Both the position numbers and the translations under genes were made by a program. This document shows positions 1 through 6,427 of a stretch of DNA of 6,427 nt, in pieces. The notes beneath the pieces were generated by a model that was given only the letters and a program-made list of their open reading frames with translations, had not been told where the DNA came from and made no database searches. Origin of the DNA: Tubiluchus corallicola (taxonomy: Eukaryota > Animalia > Priapulida). The DNA lies in NCBI GenBank assembly GCA_030141605.1, contig JAQGDQ010002248.1, positions 1 through 6,427 of the forward strand, read 5' to 3'. Within the stretch, counting starts at the first letter, position 1. Each line of letters begins with the position of its first letter.

Positions 1-819
1 CGTTTTTTACATTATTGACGAGATGAAGCAATGTAAACGTTTGCTTCGTTAGTGAAATGTGTTAGGAATGATTTAATTATTTTTTTAAACTTTACGCAAC
101 GTTATTTAAACTTGTTTCAAAACGACCCACCACGAAAATGGCCCACTGGTAAAATGTCACTGACTCAGCTTCCCAATATGCACCAGTGGCTCACCTTACA
201 AAACCCGTTTTTGATCTTAATGACAACGTAAAGTAATTTAAACGTTTGCTTAGTTAGTGAAATGTGTTTCGAATGATTTGAGTATTTTTTCAACTTTTCG
301 CAACGTTATTTAAACTTGTTTCAAAACGACCCACCGTGAAAATGGCCTACTGGTAAAATGTCACTGACTCACCTTCCCAATGTGCACCAGTGGCTCACCT
401 TACAAAACCCGTTTTTTGATCTTATTGACAACGTAAAGTAATTTAAACGTTTGCTTAGTTAGTGAAATGTGTTAGGAATGATTTAATTATTTTTTTAAAC
501 TTTACGCAACGTTATTTAAACTTGTTTCAAAACGACCCACCGTGAAAATGGCTGCGTTTAACGGAGTTTAAATGGGCGTGCATGGAAACCCACTGGTAAA
601 ATGTCACTGACTCACCTTCCCAATGTGCACCAGTGGCTCACCTTACAAAACCCGTTTTTTTGATATTATTGACAACGTAAAGTAATTTAGACGTTTGCTT
701 AGTTAGGGAAATGTGTTAGGAATGATTTAATTATTTTTTTAAACTTTACGCAACGTTATTTAAACTTGTTTCAAAACGACCCACCGAAAAAATGGCTGCG
801 TCTAACGGAGTTTAAATGG
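1..819. repeat. Tandem array of about 4 units (205-bp short and 244-bp long variants), truncated by the left window edge
   Basis: The anchor A(A/G)ACGTTTGCTT recurs at 35, 240, 445 and 689 (periods 205, 205, 244), and the units are highly similar by eye. Unit 3 carries an extra 37 bp (553-589). Unit 4 begins the same extra segment, then diverges after ...TTTAAATGG (~819). Confidence 0.97.
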
Positions 820-857
820 ACCCCCTCTTTTTGCTCATAACCTTATGAAATCAGCCC
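1..857. mobile_element. Putative non-autonomous DNA transposon carrying the tandem array; one terminus visible (PIF/Harbinger-like, with hAT or Helitron as alternatives)
   Basis: The array is followed by ~40 bp ending ...CCTTATGAAATCAGCCC|TAA (minus strand TTA|GGGCTGATTTCATAAGG). A GGG-starting TIR with a TAA/TTA flank fits PIF/Harbinger. The other end and second target-site copy would lie outside the window, so this is inference. Confidence 0.4.
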
Positions 858-1744
858 TAATGAAGAACTGTATGCAGTTTCGAAAAATGTGTAAAATATT
901 TACAATATAGTGGAAGAGCTATTTTATTGAAGAAGCCACTTTTTCCATTTGTTCTAAGGCTTCAAACGTAATCGATGGAGCTTTCGAAAGGCCGGTTCAC
1001 ATGTCGGTCGCAAATCAGTGCCACTTGGCCGATCATCATGCTAGTCAATTTACCATCTTAACGACTAAACAAAGGAAAGACGAGAGCCTTATTGTTTTCG
1101 TTTTGGCTTTCTCATGTGCTTGCACGTGTTAAAGTCTTGTCTGGGTTTGGACTGTGATTAACGCACAGGTGAGAAGATCGTTTGGTACAATTATTGTTTG
1201 CGCTTTCAAAAACCAAATTCGAAACTCGATTAAATTTTCCTCTTTCTTTGCTCTTCCTTTGCCAGAACATGTCATTCCATGTAAACATAAGAAATTAGTG
1301 CCAAAAATAACAAAAAATAATAACAGCCAAAAGTCAATTTTACATAATTAAGAGTTATACACTGTACTGTCGTATTAATTAATACCTAGCTGTTATTTTA
1401 AACTAAATTTAAATTTTATAAAGTAATTAGAGGATATACATACGTTATTAGCCCCAAATCATAAGCAATTGTAAACAGATAACGACAATATCTTATCAAC
1501 TTATCATGACACGTCTTCACTTCACAGTAGGCCTCTGACCCAGATCAAATTGATCACGTGATTAGGCCAAAAATCACCACAAGGTGGCCAAAGCCAACAA
1601 CAAGCGAAGGCCGCAAAGCACGTCAATGCAAGATTTCCAGTACAAATATGGCAGCAAACCCGGAAGGTCATACGTGTATCTGTTTCCTATATTATTGCAT
1701 AAGATTGTTATTTATACATGACGTAGCACGACGTGTGTGAAAAA

Positions 1745-1822
1745 CCCTGGCAGTGGAAACGCCTTGAGCACCCTGAAAGTGAAAACGCCTTGAGCACCCT
1801 GGCAGTGGAAATGCCTTGAACA
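1745..1822. repeat. 26-bp minisatellite, 3 copies
   Basis: CCCTGGCAGTGGAAACGCCTTGAGCA (1745-1770), CCCTGAAAGTGAAAACGCCTTGAGCA (1771-1796) and CCCTGGCAGTGGAAATGCCTTGAACA (1797-1822), head to tail with no spacers. Confidence 0.95.
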
Positions 1823-2024
1823 CAATTCATTTGACGTTTCGACCACTTCATTTGTACAACTTTTAATCTCATCATCTAATGTGGCCTTTTTTTAGTCTGT
1901 CTCACGATCTTCAAAGGCATCTATCTACTTTACAGTATAGTCATCTACTTCTCAATGCAGTTATAATGAACCGTGTGTAATTAACTAGTATATATTCATA
2001 TGGAATGAGACAAATATACTAATC

Positions 2025-2072
2025 TCAATCAATCAGTCAGTCAGTCAGTCAGTCAGTCAGTCAGTCAATCAA
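2025..2072. repeat. Compound tetranucleotide microsatellite (TCAA)2(TCAG)8(TCAA)2
   Basis: Read directly: TCAA x2 at 2025-2032, TCAG x8 at 2033-2064, TCAA x2 at 2065-2072. Confidence 0.97.
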
Positions 2073-2355
2073 TTTATTTCACTCCAGCAATACATATACA
2101 ATACATCAACATACAATATTATCGAAACAAAAAGAAACAGTGTAGGTTAACATAAATTAACACAAATTAACCAAATAAAAGAGTTGCTGTATGACACCTT
2201 GAAAGCTTGGCTTGTTAAGGTGGCAGAAATCAGTGAATGAAAGATGGTTAGGATTAGTAGACATGATGGAATGGAAAAAAATAGTAAGATTAGGGATAGG
2301 AAGAAGGAAAAGAGGAGAAGAAACGACCACAGTGTATGTTTAATTTACATAGAGC
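2025..2355 (-). mobile_element. Probable 3' UTR and tail of a 5'-truncated CR1/L2-group non-LTR retrotransposon (or a SINE sharing such a tail)
   Basis: In minus-strand order: pyrimidine-rich tract (~2323-2230), stem-loop CACCTTAACAAGC-CAA-GCTTTCAAGGTG (2222-2195), T/G-rich stretch, AAATAAA (2079-2073), then immediately the (TTGA/CTGA)n tail. A 3' stem-loop plus short-repeat tail is established for CR1/L2-clade LINEs. No ORF2 remnant was recognised, and the 5' boundary is uncertain. Confidence 0.6.
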
Positions 2356-2765
2356 TATATTAATCTAATCTAATTTTACACGTTACTTGCAAATTCACAA
2401 CCAAATTAGTCTAAATCTAATTAGATTGTTTGATTAATTGTCAAAAACTCGTTATACCTTCAGTTGGTCGACATAATTGAACTGTGACACCGAAATGAGT
2501 CTTGTTGTTTATTTACTCCCTGGCCGCTCTAAGCTTCTATTCTTATCTGAACTCTTAAAGCAAAACAGGACGATGTTTCATAAGCTATCCATTTTGAAGT
2601 GCAGTGAAATGTGCATATTTTAACACATATAATAATGCCAGAGCACTTCTGATTACTAAACAACAGGTTAAGAACTTAATGGCCGGCCCAGCTGGTGACG
2701 ACGTCACAAACGAACATAGTTTCCAACAGCAAATATGTTCCAGGAGCGTGTTGTACATGTTTGCT

Positions 2766-3548
2766 AAAGAGAAAATTGAAGTATAGTGCTAACGTAAGAG
2801 ATTCAGTGTGTTGTACTAGAACTAGGCAAGTTTTAAGATGAAAATTCAAATTTCAATGTTTTTCAGTGTAATATACATAAACTCGGCAAATTTTAGGATG
2901 ATTTACAAATAATAAGGAATTTTAAAATAAAGCTTGAAATTTTTAATTTACCATTGTGCTCAGCGCCTGTTTTTTGTGCAATACGTTTCCGAAATGCAGG
3001 CACTAGGCTCGTCTAACTAACGAATGGCGAAATGCACGTAACAGCGAAGAACTAGTGGCGGAAACCTTGAAATGACGTTTGTGTGGTAATAATTCTTTCA
3101 CGTAAGACATTTTTGAAAAAACAGTATGTTTCTTTTCAATATTTTAAAGAGCAGATTGTTTTGACCTACATTTTAAAATATAGAAAAGGCTCTATATTTT
3201 CAATATCGAAAGCGAAAACTGAAGTACAGTGGTAACTGTAAGATATTCAATGTGTTGTACTAACACTAGGCAAGTTTTAAGATAAAAATGCAAATTTCAA
3301 ATTTACCGCTGTGCTCACGCATGAACTGTCGAACGTGTGTAGTTTGTCACAAACTAACATAACTAAACTGACAGGTACAGCGCCTGTGTTTTGTGCAAAA
3401 CTTTTCCGAAATGCAGACGCTAGTGCCCGTCTAACTAGCAAATGGTGAAATGCACGTAACCGCAAAGAACTACTGGCGCGAATGTAAAATTGCGTTTGTG
3501 GGGTAATAAATCTTTCACGTAGATTGTTTTGACCTACATTTTAAAATT
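2766..3548. repeat. Diverged tandem duplication: copy 1 at 2766-3208, copy 2 at 3209-3548 (initial offset 443 bp)
   Basis: AAAGAGAAAATTGAAGTATAGTG (2766) matches AAAGCGAAAACTGAAGTACAGTG (3209). The blocks TGTGTTGTACTA, ACTAGGCAAGTTTTAAGAT, TTTCCGAAATGCAG, GAAATGCACGTAAC and AGATTGTTTTGACCTACATTTTAAAAT occur in the same order in both copies, with several large indels. Confidence 0.93.
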
Positions 3549-3669
3549 GGGTTTTACTTTAAGTTAATAACGAAATAAATCAAGTAACAAGATCCAACTT
3601 TTATCTGACATTAAGGTATTCAAAAAGCAAAAATTACATTTTAGCAAATCTTTTGAAAGTATCAAAATA

Positions 3670-3740
3670 CGTTCTTCATATAATATGGGAGGGTAACATA
3701 TTCGAAAGCCCCCCCCCCCGTAACAAAATGAACGCTTACC
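3670..3740. mobile_element. Possible collapsed MITE remnant (degenerate inverted repeat with G/C runs)
   Basis: The left arm CGTTC(TTC)ATATAATATGGGAGGG (3670-3693) resembles the reverse complement of the right arm, CGTTCATTTTGTTACGGGGGGG (3734-3713). There is a C11 run at 3709-3719. No target-site duplication was identified. Confidence 0.25.
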
Positions 3741-3807
3741 ACGCTCAAGTTTAACAACATTTACATAATATAGCTGATTAGATAACTGTGACCTTGTGAC
3801 ATCGGGA

Positions 3808-3843
3808 CTTTTCGTAAGCGCGTCGTGGCTTTCCGTAAGCGCG
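3808..3843. repeat. Short direct repeat CTTT(T/C)CGTAAGCGCG x2, period 21
   Basis: CTTTTCGTAAGCGCG at 3808-3822 and CTTTCCGTAAGCGCG at 3829-3843 (14/15 identical). An inverted copy of the core, CGCTTAC, lies at 3733-3739. Confidence 0.75.
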
Positions 3844-5149
3844 CGCTGCATAAACTAATTCAAAAATCCTGTATTTGCCTAATGTTCTAAACGTTCTAAA
3901 ATTATAAGTATGTTGTAGTATTATAAAATTAGCTATGTTACCGGAGACGTTACGTAATTTTCAAAAACCGCGTGAACGAAAAGTCACATTGATAGTGACA
4001 CTCTCAGCAATATGATCTCACCTAGGAAGGTGGATATCGTACAAAAATATTCTTGGGATATTCTTTGTCGTGTAGCCTCGAGGCCTGTCAACTGCAGTTC
4101 AAAGTTTGGTGCAATCAGGAAAACACAAGAAATCTTCATTTACCAAATGTTCATGCAAAAACAGTTATCTAATTTTTTGTAAAAACTCATACATTTGATC
4201 GAAATTGACAGTTTTCTTGAGCCGATGAATGACGTCACTGGTGGACGAATGGACGTTCAAAATGGGAGCACCCAAGCGTGAAATGATAGCGACTTTAAAG
4301 TGATTTTACTAATCACACGAGGTACTTATCACACTTTCATTACAAAATTTTTCTAAGATTTTTCTAGAGTAATCCAATCAGCGTAACTCCCCAGAAGGGT
4401 TCCCCTTTTTTTCAAGCAAAGGTTTCACACTAATGCACTATTACTGCTTTCAAAAACGGGTCAATCCAGATGTTGGCTCGATATTGCTTGGTCAAAAGTA
4501 AAAGCTGACACAAACGAGCTTCGTAGAGGCAAAAAATATCAATTCGAATTATGTGACAAAGTGGTTCGAACTTAGAGCACCAGATGGTTTGTTCGGGTCA
4601 AAAAATGCCAAAGACAAAGCGAAAACGGCCTCTCTTACGACGGAACAGGTGCAAGTGTTTGTATTTGTTGCACTCACTAAAAGTTTTTGAAATAAAAAAA
4701 ATACCTCGTCTCGAGTCTGTCGAGAGCTTCGTTCTCCCTATTCAAAAAGACAGCAGAATTACACCACGTAAAACCAGTAAACTTCATCAGGAGGTTATGT
4801 TCTGAACCTTGAAGTGAGTCAAGCTTCGTCGTATGCAGTCACGTACTCAAGTATGCGATTAACCCAGGGTTTCAAACGCCCAGGCAGACAACACTTAACA
4901 AATCTTTGTTTGTTTCAAACACAGCAGAAAAACACGTGTTTTAACCCTGTAAGTATCAGTTCGTTCAATTTGCGCGCAAACTCAACCGAGATGATGACAG
5001 CACATTTCACTAGGTGCAGACTTGCTCCCGCTCAAAATAACACCACGCAAGAATGCCATCTTTGCCACAAAAAATGTAGCCAAATTGTGCAGTACTGTAT
5101 TACAGAAAACTTCGCCATTATTCAAACTGGGCCAGCAGGATGAGTTCTG

Positions 5150-5790
5150 GTTTGATATAGGACAGTATGACACAGATTTGAATCAACAAGATCAGTGGAG
5201 TCTCACTGTCACCTTCAGACGTCGCAGTTCATATATAAAATCAGTCGGATCCATTCCCCGTAACTCCAATTAAATTTCAAAAGTCAGTTGAGGAGTATTT
5301 TCTTAAGCAGTTAACGGCTTCCAGTGAAAAGAGGCTAATGGCCCCTGTACGCTACCACAGCCGAGGTTTATTGTAGGAAAACACTAATGAAATGAGCCGA
5401 AAATCCTCCAACAGCGAAAATAAGCCAGAAGGAAGGGCAAGTGATTAGGACCAACTGTGCTGTTCAGATCAAAATGACCGTGTCTTCTTTAAAGTTCAGA
5501 TTGATTGCAAACACGAATGTTTTGACTGCCTGAGGTCGGGTGTAAATTATGGTCTCATTGCTCTCTCTCTCTCTCTCTTTTCAATGTATCGCCATGGCAT
5601 CACGTACCACACATGTGCACCTTCTCCGAACTTTCTGCGAACTTTCCACGGTCGAAAACGACAAAGTAGGTTTGCAAAGTCTGCCAGGTACTGGAAGTAC
5701 GCTAGAATTTCAGCACCAGGAGGAAAAGCCCAGAAACAGCACTCGTGTCAGCTTGTGAACGTGAACTGCCAGATTTGCTGATTCTTCAGC
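5150..5790 (-). pseudogene. Possible highly decayed Crypton-type (DUF3504, tyrosine-recombinase-like) coding fragment
   Basis: Manual translation of one minus frame gives, in order: AEILAY..DFANLLCRFRPWKVRRKFGE, RYIEK, PDLRQSKHSCLQSI*TLKK, EDFRLISLVFSYNKP and LRKYSSTDF..GNGSD*FYI, with seven internal stops. SANLAVHV (upstream) and YCPI (downstream) are in other frames. The resemblance to the KCTD1/QRICH1/ZMYM/Crypton domain is from memory only, and the key conserved motifs are not clearly retained. Confidence 0.25.
5561..5578. repeat. (CT)9 microsatellite
   Basis: Read directly. Confidence 0.95.
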
Positions 5791-6427
5791 TCCTCTGGTT
5801 ACTTTTGCATTCCACGTATCTTCCACGTATGTTTTGTTTCATTCCTCGTGTCACTTTGTCACTTTCCACTCCACGTATCTTCCACGTATGTTTTGTTTTA
5901 TTCCTCGTGTCACTTTGTCACTTTCCACTCCACGTATCTTCCACGTATGTTGTGTTTTATTCCTCGTGTCCCTTGGTCACTTTCCACTCCACGTATGTCT
6001 TGTTCTATTCCTCGTGTCCCCTGGTCACTTTCCACTCCACGTATGTCTTGTTTTATTCCTCGTGTCCCTTGGTCACTTTCCACTCCACGTATGTCTTGTT
6101 TTATTCCTCGTGTCTCTTGGTCACTTTGCACTCCACGTATGTCTTGTTTTATTCCTCGTGTCCCTTGGTCACTTTCCACTCCACGTATGTCTTGTTTTAC
6201 TCCTCGTGTCACTTGGTCACTTTCCACTCCACGTATGTCTTGTTTCATTCCTCGTGTCACTTTGTCACTTTTCACTCCACGTATCTTCCACGTATGTCTT
6301 GTTTCATTACTCGTGTCACTTTGTCTCTTTTCACTCCACGTATCTTCCACGTATGTCTTGTTTTATTACTCGTGTCACTTTGTCACTTTTCACTCCACGT
6401 ATCTTCCACGTATGTCTTGTTTTATTA
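5791..6427. repeat. Minisatellite with 48-bp and 59-bp unit variants, about 12 units, running off the right edge
   Basis: The anchor CTCGTGTC occurs at 5845, 5904, 5963, 6011, 6059, 6107, 6155, 6203, 6251, 6310 and 6369 (periods 59, 59, 48 x6, 59, 59). The 48-bp unit is approximately TCCACGTATGTCTTGTTTTATTCCTCGTGTCCCTTGGTCACTTTCCAC; the long unit adds TCCACGTATCT. A degenerate partial unit lies at ~5791-5810. Confidence 0.98.

Noticed and set aside
1154-1740. ORFs 1154-1351 and 1558-1740 as genes
   Set aside because: They are short (60-65 aa), start at GTG rather than ATG, and have no recognisable domain. ORFs of this size are expected by chance.
1745-1822. CRISPR-like array (26-bp repeats)
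   Set aside because: The repeats are head to tail with no unique spacers, no cas genes are visible, and the context looks eukaryotic.
2361-2427. TAATC repeats and the 14-bp palindrome AATCTAATTAGATT (2414-2427)
   Set aside because: Low-complexity AT-rich sequence, where such symmetry readily arises by chance or slippage.
2604-3851. ORFs 2604-2786, 3277-3465 and 3564-3851 as genes
   Set aside because: They are short with no recognisable motifs. The 3277-3465 ORF lies in a duplication whose other copy lacks 62 bp of it, and the 3564-3851 ORF gets its GGGG from a C11 homopolymer.
4395-4412. Hairpin AAGGG-TTC-CCCTT plus T-run resembling a rho-independent terminator
   Set aside because: The stem is only 5 bp, there is no upstream gene, and the context is not prokaryote-like.
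4584-4805. ORF with a basic NLS-like stretch (MPKTKRKRPLLRRNR)
   Set aside because: Basic stretches arise easily in A-rich DNA. No domain follows and no supporting exon structure could be established.
5022-5273. DEFWFDIGQY as the start of a hAT dimerisation domain
   Set aside because: The expected downstream P.L...A...L..P.S....ER.FS motif is absent in the + frames I read.
5270-5314. LNFKSQLRSIFLSS* on the + strand as a CR1 ORF2 C-terminus
   Set aside because: The preceding WN.LP motif is missing, and no 3' tail follows in the matching orientation.
5791-6427. CRISPR array reading of the 48/59-bp periodicity
   Set aside because: The entire unit is repeated and there are no unique spacers, so it is a minisatellite.

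Overview
An AT-rich, repeat-dense window that looks like non-coding DNA from a eukaryote, probably an invertebrate animal. That assignment is inferred from the microsatellites, minisatellites, LINE-like tail and lack of long ORFs. I see no confident protein-coding gene, RNA gene or CRISPR array. Directly visible: (1) a 205/244-bp tandem array at 1-819, followed by a sequence resembling a DNA-transposon terminus (~820-860); (2) a 3 x 26-bp repeat at 1745-1822; (3) a (TCAA)2(TCAG)8(TCAA)2 tract which, with an adjacent minus-strand AATAAA, stem-loop and pyrimidine tract, looks like the 3' end of a truncated CR1/L2-type LINE (~2025-2355); (4) an old, diverged ~443-bp tandem duplication at 2766-3548; (5) a (CT)9 tract; (6) a 48/59-bp minisatellite from ~5791 off the right edge, which produces the 146-aa repetitive ORF. 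The most speculative lead is a minus-strand, stop-riddled reading at ~5150-5790 whose motifs are collinear with the Crypton/DUF3504 tyrosine-recombinase-like domain as I recall it; this needs a profile search. I cannot support a novel functional system from this sequence alone.
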